IMG/VR virus record: IMGVR_UViG_2770939580_000003
Span: 105,062-169,061 of that record
Strand: one strand, 5' to 3'
DNA: 64,000 bases
Source: a virus
Lineage: Duplodnaviria; Heunggongvirae; Uroviricota; Caudoviricetes
The stretch's first letter is position 1; each line of letters begins with the position of its first letter. Position numbers and translations under genes: made by a program. The notes below the pieces were generated by a model. It saw only the letters and a program-made list of their open reading frames with translations, did not search any database and was not told where the DNA came from. This document shows positions 17,512-26,997 of the stretch, piece after piece.

Positions 17512-17619
17512 GCTACCTCTCCTCCTTCTATTAAGTTCGAATGAAATAAACCTTTCACAATCTTATGTATATCACCACTATATTGATACTTTTATTATAT
17601 AGTAGCAATGAAATATACA

Positions 17620-17955
17620 CTACTTGGAATTGTTCAATAGTACGTCTATAGCTTTAAATCCCAACTTCGACACGGGTGCCTGTTTCCCGTTTTCAAATTC
17701 AGCAGACATTGAAATGTTGTTCAGTCTCTTTACTTTGATTGGATTGACGTAAGTGGCTCTATCCGATTTCACAAAATATCCCTTTACGTTTAAGTGTCTG
17801 ATCAATTCAGAGTTGCTTAACATCTGATAATCATTTTCCTCTGTAGTCACTTTAAGAACCGATCCATTTATTCCACCTCTAGTAACATAGAAAATATCAG
17901 AAACATTTACGGTTTTAACTTCATTTGTCGCAGTATCAATTACAGGGACTATCAT
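17620..17955 (-). CDS. second stand-alone LytTR-domain protein
   Basis: DIFYV...F.KSDRATYVNPIKVKRL...AEFENGKQAPVSK LytTR pattern. Confidence 0.8.
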   Translation of the reverse strand: MIVPVIDTATNEVKTVNVSDIFYVTRGGINGSVLKVTTEENDYQMLSNSELIRHLNVKGYFVKSDRATYVNPIKVKRLNNISMSAEFENGKQAPVSKLGFKAIDVLLNNSK

Positions 17956-18041
17956 ATAGGTTCACCTCATGTTAAGTTTATGTAATTATGTTCCATCACG
18001 GCGTTGCTCGTTACAGTACTTTATCTCTTTTAACTAACTCA

Positions 18042-18083
18042 ATCTTACCACAATATATAATAATATGTCAATATTATCTTTGT
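18042..18083 (-). promoter_or_regulatory. sigmaA promoter with conserved upstream motif
   Basis: ACAAAGATAATA-TTGACA-18-TAAGAT. Confidence 0.8.
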
Positions 18084-18104
18084 GTAATAAAAAAAGACGG
18101 AGGG

Positions 18105-18239
18105 TTACCCTCTCGCCTTCGAATATGTATTATGATCTCTGCTATATATTTCAGCAGCCTCTTTTAAGCTCATCCACCTACCATCATGGTCTTGTACCCA
18201 CATAGATCCGTCTGGAAGACGTTTGCCTCGTTTATACAC
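18105..18239 (-). CDS. small hypothetical protein (44 aa, GTG start, not in track)
   Basis: MYKRGKRLPDGSMWVQDHDGRWMSLKEAAEIYSRDHNTYSKARG; start overlaps the upstream stop. Confidence 0.45.
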   Translation of the reverse strand: MYKRGKRLPDGSMWVQDHDGRWMSLKEAAEIYSRDHNTYSKARG

Positions 18240-18414
18240 TGTAGTAGTAAGCCTCCCCTGTCTGAGCGATACGCACATCTACAGCTTGTTTTAGATCCAT
18301 GGTCAGAGAGTACACTCTGTCCATGAGGATGTGAGCAATAGTATTTTTACAGCGCCCTTGTTCTTCTACTGTTTCGATTACCTCATTGTTTACGATGATA
18401 TTGTATGTGTTCAT
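18232..18414 (-). CDS. hypothetical phage protein
   Basis: ORF with AAGGAG RBS. Confidence 0.7.
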   Translation of the reverse strand: MNTYNIIVNNEVIETVEEQGRCKNTIAHILMDRVYSLTMDLKQAVDVRIAQTGEAYYYSV

Positions 18415-18474
18415 TTTATTATCTCCTTTATTATTATATATTATTTTTGTATTTAATAATTTCCTTAGAAAGAC

Positions 18475-18609
18475 TTATTTCATCAGCCTATTCATAATTT
18501 CATTCGACTTCTTTATGGCAGCATTCATTTTTTCTGTTTGTTCTTTGGATGGAATACAATTGCCTTTTCCACACCAAGGAGTTTTAATTGAGGGATTGCA
18601 CTGACACAT
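18475..18609 (-). CDS. small Cys-rich protein (44 aa, not in track)
   Basis: MCQCNPSIKTPWCGKGNCIPSKEQ...; GAAGGGAG upstream. Confidence 0.5.
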   Translation of the reverse strand: MCQCNPSIKTPWCGKGNCIPSKEQTEKMNAAIKKSNEIMNRLMK

Positions 18610-18691
18610 TGATTAAATTCAACTCCCTTCGAAATACTTCTTTTATTCCGACCTCATGCCTTTTGACAAAACATCATGAATTATTATTATT

Positions 18692-18952
18692 TTATCTTTT
18701 AAAAAAAGTATCAAGTGCCTCTAATACTTGCAAGAAGCCCCCATCGTTTACGAATTCCTCTTCGAGTAGCGCCACACCCCATCTATCAAACGTCTCTGGA
18801 AAGTCAGCTCTTAAACAATACTGAAAGTCTGTCCTGTGATATGGCTCAATTAGTTGAATATATAAATCACTACTCTTCAAAACGGTAACACCTTGTCTTG
18901 TCCACTTTTCTGTCATATTGTACTTTGATGATAAGATCTTAAGGTAGTCCAT
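18692..18952 (-). CDS. hypothetical phage protein
   Basis: ORF with GGGAGG RBS. Confidence 0.7.
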   Translation of the reverse strand: MDYLKILSSKYNMTEKWTRQGVTVLKSSDLYIQLIEPYHRTDFQYCLRADFPETFDRWGVALLEEEFVNDGGFLQVLEALDTFFKR

Positions 18953-19006
18953 TGCTTCCCTCCCCCATTAAGATGAAAGAATCCTTTTACCAAAACCTGT
19001 GCTATT

Positions 19007-19198
19007 TCATTCATTAAATGAAACTATATATTTAGGATTATTTTTCAAGCTATTGACATATCCATAACATGATTCTTTATCAAGATAATACTCCTCTAAT
19101 TCTGGAATCCTAAAGCCAGAGCCGCTATCCCATACATTTACTACCCAATCCTCTTCTGCATTTGAGAATTTGATCGATACATTCAATTCTCTTTTCAT
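19007..19198 (-). CDS. hypothetical phage protein
   Basis: ORF with AAGGAG RBS. Confidence 0.7.
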   Translation of the reverse strand: MKRELNVSIKFSNAEEDWVVNVWDSGSGFRIPELEEYYLDKESCYGYVNSLKNNPKYIVSFNE

Positions 19199-19242
19199 AT
19201 GTCATCTCCTTATGAAATAATCTATTTACGCACTCTCAAATC

Positions 19243-19545
19243 TTATCCTAAGATCACAAAACTATTAGTGTCTTCAATAAATATCGCACCAATTTTTAAC
19301 CAGAATCGTTTAGATGAATCAATTGCTTCTCCAGTTAGGATACTTATATTTTTAATTGATTTTAGATTTTTAATCACTGTTCTACCATATCCCTTTTTTT
19401 CATACTCCTCATAAATTTCGAGGTTAGATATAAATAGAGTGCCATCTTTAATTTTATAGTGAATTGTTCCAATTTCAGTGCGGATGCTATCCACAAAAAT
19501 CTTATAGAATCCTTTGATTCCTGAGTATGGTTTTAGATACATCAT
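19243..19545 (-). CDS. GNAT-family acetyltransferase-like protein
   Basis: ISNLEIYEEYEKKGYGR (acetyl-CoA motif A) and SKRFWLKIG. Confidence 0.7.
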   Translation of the reverse strand: MMYLKPYSGIKGFYKIFVDSIRTEIGTIHYKIKDGTLFISNLEIYEEYEKKGYGRTVIKNLKSIKNISILTGEAIDSSKRFWLKIGAIFIEDTNSFVILG

Positions 19546-19624
19546 TACTCATTCCCTCTTCTGAGTTCTCCGTTTTATTTACAGTTTCATTTTCTTATGA
19601 AATATTCATTTCATTTACTACAAA

Positions 19625-19876
19625 TTACTCACTTAGAAGCTCCTTATACTGAGCTATGGCTCTATCATATACAATTAATTTACTAATGCATGTATCGATA
19701 AAAACTGCATTGCCTTGAAGCCCATCAGATTCATATAAAACTTCACTGTTGTCTACTTTACTTTGCAAACTTTCTATCTTATTACGAACGCTGTTCAAAT
19801 GGTCATTCAATTTAAGGAGCGTATTCTGTTTTTCTGTTCTCATAATCATTAGATTAATTCTGATACGTTTTTCCAT
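19625..19876 (-). CDS. hypothetical coiled-coil protein
   Basis: ORF with GGAG RBS. Confidence 0.65.
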   Translation of the reverse strand: MEKRIRINLMIMRTEKQNTLLKLNDHLNSVRNKIESLQSKVDNSEVLYESDGLQGNAVFIDTCISKLIVYDRAIAQYKELLSE

Positions 19877-20298
19877 TCTATTTTCTACTCCCTCATGAAA
19901 GGATCATTTTACTTCCACCAATCTTTACCGTACTCTTTTTCTAAATGAGCACCAAATTTTATGTACATATCTTCAATTTCCTGAAATGAATTATCGTCTC
20001 TTGTCTCAGGCATACTTTTTAATTCATGGTATCTTTCGCTAATCAGATTATACAAAATTACTTTTTCTCTAAAGATCAATTCCATCACATTTCAACTCCC
20101 TATAAAATTATAGTATCATTCAAACTGCAACTTGCTCCCGTGTAATAATAATGACATCATCATCTTCGCACAATTCCTTAAACATGTCTCGCTGCTCTTC
20201 AGTTGGAAATCCATATGTATTCTCAGTAATCTTACCAAAAATTTTCTCAATGACAACCACTTGGTACATTGTGATCACCTCTTCTATTTGATAATCTT

Positions 20299-20340
20299 AT
20301 TGTACATCATATTTATTGAATTGTAAAGTATTATCTTTGT
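20299..20340 (-). promoter_or_regulatory. sigmaA promoter with conserved upstream motif
   Basis: ACAAAGATAATAC-TTTACA-17-TACAAT. Confidence 0.8.
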
Positions 20341-20393
20341 CTTTTAAATAAAAAAGAGATGCTTTTTAGGCATCTTTAATTATAGTGTATTTA

Positions 20394-20705
20394 TTATTGT
20401 GTTTTTATAAACTCTATATAATGCTTCTTACATCTGTCTCTCATAAAAACTTTCTTTCTACAACTTTTCAAAATGCAAACATTGTAATCGTACTTAGTTA
20501 GATCCTCTTTAGACTTGAACATAGCCACCTTCACCTTCTTGACTGGAGCATTTCGTTTAGGGGTTTTAGATAACTTTTTCTCTAAAGAGACCAACCTACG
20601 TTCTTCGCATACTAAGCACAGATCTGATTCAGTATCATTGCTCCTATAGTTGCTACAAGAGCTCTTTGAACATTTGATGAGAATATTATCCATGATGTCC
20701 ACCAT
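20394..20705 (-). CDS. Cys-rich (putative zinc-binding) hypothetical protein
   Basis: several Cys pairs and a C..HY end. Confidence 0.6.
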   Translation of the reverse strand: MVDIMDNILIKCSKSSCSNYRSNDTESDLCLVCEERRLVSLEKKLSKTPKRNAPVKKVKVAMFKSKEDLTKYDYNVCILKSCRKKVFMRDRCKKHYIEFIKTQ

Positions 20706-20765
20706 CCAGTAAGTTCTAAGTTGTCTACATAATTATTCTAACACTGAATGATCTTCTGGGTAAAA

Positions 20766-21521
20766 TTAATCTTTCTTAGGGAGTTTCCTTTTCCTTTTTA
20801 TGTATTTAGCGTAGTCATATCTAATCCATAAATAAATTTTATAATATCTTTCATATAGAAACGAACTATGTGTATCAACGTTATACCAATTATTAAATGA
20901 AAGCTCACCCTTACTGGAGTTGCAAATTGCACAAGCAGGAACACAATTTTTCAAATCATTACGCCCATCATTGATTAAATGATCTTTATGTAAATCTTTC
21001 TTAGTTTCTAATTTATTTTGCTCCCATGTCTTTCCGCAATACGCACATCTGAAATTGAAATATTGTCGGCATTCATCCCACTCTTTAGGTGTTATTTCGT
21101 GTTTTTTATTCTCTCTTTTGCCTCTATAGTATCGAGATTTGTCTGGATTCTTTCTCTGCCAGCTTAAATAATAACCGTCTAGTCTTTGTTGTTTTGCATG
21201 TTCTCTCTCAGACTGTCTCCATTTTTCACTCGTGTTTCTTTGATGTTTATTATACTTCCTTTTACGCTTCAGATAGTAATCTCTATTTTCCCAGTGCCAT
21301 TTCATTTGTTTTAAATTTGCACAGCTAACACAACAAGGATTTAGCCCATCAATTTGATTACCTTTATTTTGATAGAAAAATTCTTTAGTTGATGGGAGAT
21401 ATGTGTTGCATCTATTGCATTTTTTATGATTAATATAATTAATTATTTTATGTGTTTCATTCCACTTCTTACTCCTTCTCTCTTCTGTACGTAGATCTTT
21501 TTCTTGTTTACTCATAGCCAT
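20766..21521 (-). CDS. HNH endonuclease
   Basis: CAYCG...LHKDH...NCVPACAICNSSK; N-terminal CxxC. Confidence 0.88.
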   Translation of the reverse strand: MAMSKQEKDLRTEERRSKKWNETHKIINYINHKKCNRCNTYLPSTKEFFYQNKGNQIDGLNPCCVSCANLKQMKWHWENRDYYLKRKRKYNKHQRNTSEKWRQSEREHAKQQRLDGYYLSWQRKNPDKSRYYRGKRENKKHEITPKEWDECRQYFNFRCAYCGKTWEQNKLETKKDLHKDHLINDGRNDLKNCVPACAICNSSKGELSFNNWYNVDTHSSFLYERYYKIYLWIRYDYAKYIKRKRKLPKKD

Positions 21522-21539
21522 AGCTGTATGTATATTCTC

Positions 21540-21734
21540 CTATCTTTGTTTGTTCTCATATGCTCTAATCTTCTCAACAGCTTCAATATATCTACTCATG
21601 TAAATTGGTGAGACTCCAAGAGATCCTATTTTAACTGCCTCTTCATGATCTTTTATATTTTCTTTGAGTTTTTGATCGAGTAGCTCCATTAAATCTTCAT
21701 GACTCATCTCTAGTAGCTCCTTCAGTAGCCCCAT
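21540..21734 (-). CDS. hypothetical phage protein
   Basis: co-oriented ORF. Confidence 0.6.
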   Translation of the reverse strand: MGLLKELLEMSHEDLMELLDQKLKENIKDHEEAVKIGSLGVSPIYMSRYIEAVEKIRAYENKQR

Positions 21735-21948
21735 CGTTATCGTCTCCCTCTTCTAAAATCTCGTTACATATATCTACGCACTCATCACATATGTATACAT
21801 TTGATCCAGTAACCAACTTAAAAACCTCATTTTGACTCTTCCCACAAAACGAACAGTGAAGAACTGGCTTACCTTGAAGTTTCAATAGCTGATCATACTT
21901 CTGCGCTTTATCAACAATAGTATAAATTGTCTTTTCATCGATATTCAT
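21697..21948 (-). CDS. stand-alone ClpX-type C4 zinc-finger protein
   Basis: [34 protein letters not shown]. Confidence 0.9.
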   Translation of the reverse strand: MNIDEKTIYTIVDKAQKYDQLLKLQGKPVLHCSFCGKSQNEVFKLVTGSNVYICDECVDICNEILEEGDDNDGATEGATRDES

Positions 21949-21975
21949 CTTCGTGTCTTCCCTTCTATTTGAAAT

Positions 21976-22308
21976 TCAACTTTCATAACGACTTAGCCAC
22001 ATTTCAAATTCATACTTCTCTGGATTGAACGCTCGATCTATCTCTCGTTCTGAGCGAACAGGACGAAATCCAAAATCCAAATACTGATAAGGTTTGTAAC
22101 AATAAAGATTATTTTTAAGACGTAAAAAAGTGAAGCCATTACTGTTAGTGAATGTATTTTTATCGAAACACTCCAGACAGAATTCTCTAGTCCTATGACT
22201 GACTCCTATACCAATATTATCAGTCACTCCTTCTTTATAACCTTTGACTTTTAAAGTATTACAAACTTCACATTTTTCTATTTCTACAATTTGAAACATT
22301 GGCTTCAT
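21976..22308 (-). CDS. hypothetical zinc-ribbon protein
   Basis: CEVC...CLEC. Confidence 0.65.
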   Translation of the reverse strand: MKPMFQIVEIEKCEVCNTLKVKGYKEGVTDNIGIGVSHRTREFCLECFDKNTFTNSNGFTFLRLKNNLYCYKPYQYLDFGFRPVRSEREIDRAFNPEKYEFEMWLSRYES

Positions 22309-22410
22309 CTCCTTGTAAAATAACTGTTTTATCAGTTTATTTATAAAAACTTAACAGACAAAATTAAATCTGTTAGAATCTTTTATAAATACATAATCTG
22401 GGGGATCAAT

Positions 22411-23118
22411 GTGGTAAAAAAGAAAAACATACTTGGCATCATTTTAATTTTAGGTTGTATAACATTAATTTCATCATCACTATATTCAGAATACAAAATA
22501 AATAAACTAGAAAATTCGTTTGAGAATGAACTTGATGCTTATGTTAATCTGAATCTAACGCCAGCAATTAATTACTTTGAAGAATATAGATTAGAAGGTG
22601 ATTATTTAAACACATTCATACTTACTCTCAATAAAGACTTTGATGTACTTAGTCTTAAAGAGAAGTGGGATTTTTTAAAGCCGTTAATGAATGATTATGA
22701 CAGTCAAAGAGAACGCCTCTTGAACGTTCATAATCTTTGGGAGGGCAGTCTAAAGTTAGGGATTTCTAATCAGTCAGATATAATTGTAAAGACTTCAAAT
22801 GGTGAATATGAATACTCTTCCGTCGATTCTCTAAGAGAACCAACCGGAAAACTTCATTTGAGTTCTGATTTCGAAGAACCGATTAATAATTTTGCCAAAG
22901 TAGTTGAGCAAGGGTTCAGAAGCCCTCCACCCCCTGGAAACCAAATTGGACATGGCATGAGCCAAATAGAAGTCCAGCGTCTACTAGGTGACCCTGATTC
23001 AATTAATCGAAAGATGGCTGGCGATATAATAATTGATCACTGGTATTACGGAGGAACTTATATTCTCTTTCAAGATGGCATAGTAAAGCAAATGTCGACT
23101 CATCATATTTACAAGTAA
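22411..23118 (+). CDS. membrane-anchored exported protein with SmpA/BamE-like C-terminal module (moron)
   Basis: N-terminal TM; GMSQIEVQRLLGDPD...WYY...FQDG.V; opposite strand to neighbours. Confidence 0.7.
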   Translation: MVKKKNILGIILILGCITLISSSLYSEYKINKLENSFENELDAYVNLNLTPAINYFEEYRLEGDYLNTFILTLNKDFDVLSLKEKWDFLKPLMNDYDSQRERLLNVHNLWEGSLKLGISNQSDIIVKTSNGEYEYSSVDSLREPTGKLHLSSDFEEPINNFAKVVEQGFRSPPPPGNQIGHGMSQIEVQRLLGDPDSINRKMAGDIIIDHWYYGGTYILFQDGIVKQMSTHHIYK

Positions 23119-23234
23119 TTCAATCGTACATTATCAAGCGGAACTCATTGTGGAGTATTGTAACTACAATCGAAAATCCGCTTTTTATTTCGTTTTACCA
23201 GGTGAAAGTGAAATCCTGCATTCACTTAAATTTA

Positions 23235-23582
23235 TTAACACGAATAACCTCTGCCATTTTTAAGATGAGTTTTGTATTCATCGTCTACATCATTGAGTGA
23301 ATCAATAAAACTCCGTACTCTTGCCACAGCTACCTTACGTTTTTCTAGTTTCAGTCTATACTCAGGATTGTTTTTGCAAGTGTAGTACTCATCCAGTTCT
23401 GATTTTGAGAAATTCGGAATCCAATTGATAGCCTGACCGCACAAGAACGTTCTTGTTTCCCACCGTTGGCCATTGGTATGTATCCTTATTGTCTTACTTA
23501 ATATGTCTCTTTCAATTTCTTCACCAACAACTGTAGAATCTCCGCAAACTGGACACTTGCTTTCTTTCAAGTGTTTCAGCAT
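23235..23582 (-). CDS. hypothetical zinc-binding protein
   Basis: CPVCG...FLCG...C. Confidence 0.65.
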   Translation of the reverse strand: MLKHLKESKCPVCGDSTVVGEEIERDILSKTIRIHTNGQRWETRTFLCGQAINWIPNFSKSELDEYYTCKNNPEYRLKLEKRKVAVARVRSFIDSLNDVDDEYKTHLKNGRGYSC

Positions 23583-23619
23583 TTATTATTCATCTCCCTC
23601 TTCTAAATGAAAACTGTAG

Positions 23620-23892
23620 TTACTCAGAATCATCTATATTATTTCTTACAAACTCTTTAATCTCTCCAAGTATTTCGTATTGCCAACGAGAAAAATCATA
23701 TTGTTCCCCATAGCGCTCACAAGCTTCAGCTTTAGCAATTACTACTTTACCTTCCCATTGATCAAATCTGTGAATGGTTTGCCAATCATTAAATACTCTA
23801 ATGACTGTATTCACTCTCTCCCTATTACTATTCCACCAGTCAATGTCGGTGTCAGTATCCAGTTCCTCAATAAGTTTAAATATCAACTTCAA
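23620..23892 (-). CDS. hypothetical phage protein
   Basis: ORF with GGAGG RBS. Confidence 0.7.
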   Translation of the reverse strand: MKLIFKLIEELDTDTDIDWWNSNRERVNTVIRVFNDWQTIHRFDQWEGKVVIAKAEACERYGEQYDFSRWQYEILGEIKEFVRNNIDDSE

Positions 23893-23979
23893 TCCTCCAT
23901 TTCAAAATGAAATCGTTGTTTCATATTATCTTTATGTAATTAACTTTCCAGCACATTGTTTCCTCTGCTTCATACCCAA

Positions 23980-24020
23980 ATTATACATCTGACTATATAT
24001 ATTGTCAATATTATCTTTGT
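23980..24020 (-). promoter_or_regulatory. sigmaA promoter with conserved upstream motif
   Basis: ACAAAGATAATA-TTGACA-17-TATAAT. Confidence 0.85.
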
Positions 24021-24035
24021 GTTTTAAGCAGGGTA

Positions 24036-24428
24036 TCAAACTTTCGCTAGTATACCCAACACCACTCCAAATCTAATTGTTTTATTCTCACTCCACAAAA
24101 TGAACAGATCGCTAAATATAACCCCGTATAGCTTCATCTGTTCCACATGAGAAGCTGTTATAGATTCGTTAAATAGATCGCTCAAAGTTTTTACGGGATT
24201 TTCTTGAAACTCTTGATATATTGTATCAGTTACAATAGAATTACTTTGATATAATTTTCTGAATTGATACAATACTCTATGGATATTCAGCTCTGAATAA
24301 TCATCATCTAGACGCAAATAAAACTCATCAATCACTTCATGAGTCTTCAGTATTGTCAGGATGTTTGATTTTAATATTGTAGCCTTTTCGCTGATCTCTA
24401 AGAGATCAAACAATGATTCTATTGTCAT
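24036..24428 (-). CDS. hypothetical protein
   Basis: ORF with AAGGAG RBS. Confidence 0.7.
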   Translation of the reverse strand: MTIESLFDLLEISEKATILKSNILTILKTHEVIDEFYLRLDDDYSELNIHRVLYQFRKLYQSNSIVTDTIYQEFQENPVKTLSDLFNESITASHVEQMKLYGVIFSDLFILWSENKTIRFGVVLGILAKV

Positions 24429-24571
24429 AGATGAATCTCCTTATGTATGTTTTACTTTGCTGCCTTGGAGGTCATTTAACTTTTGTGCTTCATGATACTT
24501 AACAGTTCAGTTTAATCAACTGCTAGTTAAGCACTCTCTATAATGAGGGTGCTTTTGTTATGCCTATTTTC

Positions 24572-24590
24572 TGTTACCCAAACGGTAACA
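24572..24590. promoter_or_regulatory. palindrome upstream of the XRE gene (candidate autoregulatory operator)
   Basis: TGTTACC-CAAAC-GGTAACA. Confidence 0.45.
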
Positions 24591-24633
24591 CACATATTAA
24601 TTTAAACCAAATACTGTCTGTTGTCAACTGAAT

Positions 24634-24876
24634 TTGTATAAAGGGGGATTCTCTATGGTTTCTCGTAGATTGAAGATTCATTTAGGAAACTTACTTGATA
24701 GCAAAGATATTTCAGCTAGGGAGCTATCAAGACGCACAGGCGTTCGTCATGTGACGATAAGTAAGATTATCAATGGTGAAGCTATATACATATCGATTGA
24801 AAATATCGAAAAGATCTGCATTGAGTTAGATATTGACGTTAATGAGATAATGTCCATGATTAAAGAAGATGAATAG
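24634..24876 (+). CDS. XRE/Cro-C1 HTH transcriptional regulator
   Basis: ISARELSRRTGVRHVTISKIING...IEKIC.EL. Confidence 0.9.
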   Translation: MYKGGFSMVSRRLKIHLGNLLDSKDISARELSRRTGVRHVTISKIINGEAIYISIENIEKICIELDIDVNEIMSMIKEDE

Positions 24877-25080
24877 GAGCACGTTAATTTGGCTTGTAGG
24901 TAATTGTTTGGCTCTCATAGCTTACCTGTTATATGTTCTTACAGATTTAATTGAGTATGTATATTTTGTTTTGACTTGCGCACTAATTCTTTTAATCCTC
25001 TCCATATACTCAATAATCAAAAAGAAATAAAAAAGGAGCTGCTTAAATATGCAGACTCCTCTTCTTTATGTACAAGTACT

Positions 25081-25290
25081 TTAAATTGATTTTTTATTTC
25101 TAATCCAAACCAGCACCTTTTCACTTACTTCGGTGTCAAACCATCCCCATTCGGCTGCTAAGTGCTTGATGTCACTGGGCAACTGTTCGTGAATATTCTT
25201 AATAGTATCTTCAGACGGTACTCTGTTATAGGTGTCTACATAGCAATCGTTAATCACAGAGTTCCTATCGTGTGCTTCCATATCCTTCAT
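25081..25290 (-). CDS. hypothetical phage protein
   Basis: ORF with GGAG RBS. Confidence 0.7.
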   Translation of the reverse strand: MKDMEAHDRNSVINDCYVDTYNRVPSEDTIKNIHEQLPSDIKHLAAEWGWFDTEVSEKVLVWIRNKKSI

Positions 25291-25333
25291 TCATGCATCT
25301 CCATTCTTTATCAAAGTAACATTTCGTAAAGAT

Positions 25334-25996
25334 TCATTCTGTGGATGTCATCCAATCTGATTTGACCCAGTTGATGATTCTTTCCAGTCTTTCTAAAGTA
25401 AATATCTTATTCAAGGGATTGTACCATTCAATAAAATCTCTATCATGTTTACTTGAATTACACTCTCTACAAGCTGGAGCACAGTTGTCAATAAAATTAT
25501 TACCATCGTGATTAACGTGATCTTTATGTAACTGCTGTCCAAAATTGTTAAGATGCACAAAATAATCAAATCCACAATATGCACAAGACCATTCAAAATA
25601 ATCTAAGCAAGCTTCCCATTCTTCTTTTGTTATTTCATGTTTATGCTTCTTGGAACTATAGAGCTTTAATTTATCAGGATTTTTCCTCTGCCAATCTTTT
25701 TCTTTTCCCGCTGCTTTTCTTTTTTTGTTACTTTCCTTGATGGTCGAAATACTCTTATCTGATAAATTTGAATTATAATATTTCATCTTCGTCAGGTAGT
25801 ATTCTCTATTTCCCCCTTGCCAATCAACCTGCCTATTAATCCTACAGACTTTACAAACCGGATCATAATAAATCCAGTTTCCTCTTCTTTTTGAGTATTT
25901 CTTTTGCGAGTAAAATTCATTCAAAAGTTTTTCCTCTTTACAATCTTTGCATTCTTTGGCTTCAGAAAAATTTATAATCCTCAATGCCTCCTTCAT
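25334..25996 (-). CDS. HNH endonuclease (related to 20766-21521)
   Basis: KHEITKEEW.AC..YF...CAYCG...LHKDH...NCAPACRECNSSK. Confidence 0.88.
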   Translation of the reverse strand: MKEALRIINFSEAKECKDCKEEKLLNEFYSQKKYSKRRGNWIYYDPVCKVCRINRQVDWQGGNREYYLTKMKYYNSNLSDKSISTIKESNKKRKAAGKEKDWQRKNPDKLKLYSSKKHKHEITKEEWEACLDYFEWSCAYCGFDYFVHLNNFGQQLHKDHVNHDGNNFIDNCAPACRECNSSKHDRDFIEWYNPLNKIFTLERLERIINWVKSDWMTSTE

Positions 25997-26027
25997 CTAA
26001 ATTTGTAATCGTAATGATATTAAAATT

Positions 26028-26252
26028 TCATTCAGATACATAGAAACTAGCAAAACCCATTAACTCATCAATAGAATATACATCAGACAGCACAACATTT
26101 TGGCGCTGACCATTTTTCCAAACTTCCACCTTCGCCCATTCAATTTTTTCGACAATTTCTTTCATATGTACTAATTCATGTTTGACACTTACCAACCCGT
26201 AGTCTTTAGAAAAAATAAGAAAACTCACAATTTCCATCGTTATCGCCTCCAT
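26028..26252 (-). CDS. hypothetical phage protein
   Basis: co-oriented ORF; GGAGG RBS points to a start at the second Met. Confidence 0.65.
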   Translation of the reverse strand: MEAITMEIVSFLIFSKDYGLVSVKHELVHMKEIVEKIEWAKVEVWKNGQRQNVVLSDVYSIDELMGFASFYVSE

Positions 26253-26450
26253 ATAATATTATCTCATGAACCTAAAGTTCAATGGAATACCCAATCTGTC
26301 TTCAATTGTTCTGATCCTTTTCTTCAGATTTATTCTTTCTTCCCAGTTTAAGTTGTCATTCATTAGATAATCTTCCTTGAGACTTTTCAGTAGATCTCTT
26401 GCACTCAATCCTAACACCTCTCTATGTATTATCATCTCTATCTAATGATA

Positions 26451-26492
26451 ATTATACAACAATAAATATACATATGCAAGTATTATTTTAGT
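26451..26492 (-). promoter_or_regulatory. sigmaA promoter with conserved upstream motif
   Basis: ACTAAAATAATAC-TTGCAT-17-TATAAT. Confidence 0.75.
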
Positions 26493-26571
26493 GTTAATGA
26501 TGATAAAAGTCTTGTTTGCGAACAAAAAAGAGCCCCATCAGGACTCTTAGTCTATATGTGATCGATCACTC

Positions 26572-26913
26572 TTAATCTTGATAAAGGAAACTTGGATCTG
26601 CCCACATCCGTGATGGTGAGCTGAGTTCACGTTGTTCAATACTTTCAGGAGTTTGAATGTGCCCATATAAAGTACCCTGAATAGTTTCTCCCGGTTCCAC
26701 AAGTGAAATATCTGCCCAAATAGTATTATTCAGAGTTGGATCTTCGGGGAAAACGTCTTTATCATTGTTTAGTTTACTTTCCTTATCTATTGCAATAATT
26801 GCTTCATTCTTTGTTTCCCAGCTTGAAATAACTTTATTGAAGTTTCCCAATACTACAAAGTAATCAGATTCGTTAGTGAATTCATATTTAATTTTGCTTC
26901 CCAAAGATATCAT
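26572..26913 (-). CDS. hypothetical phage protein
   Basis: ORF with AGGAG RBS. Confidence 0.7.
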   Translation of the reverse strand: MISLGSKIKYEFTNESDYFVVLGNFNKVISSWETKNEAIIAIDKESKLNNDKDVFPEDPTLNNTIWADISLVEPGETIQGTLYGHIQTPESIEQRELSSPSRMWADPSFLYQD

Positions 26914-26997
26914 CTCCTATAACAATTGTATGACAAGTATAGAGCATACCCCAAACAAAGACAATGTGGTTAGTTTAAGCGACATGAAAGACTGGTT

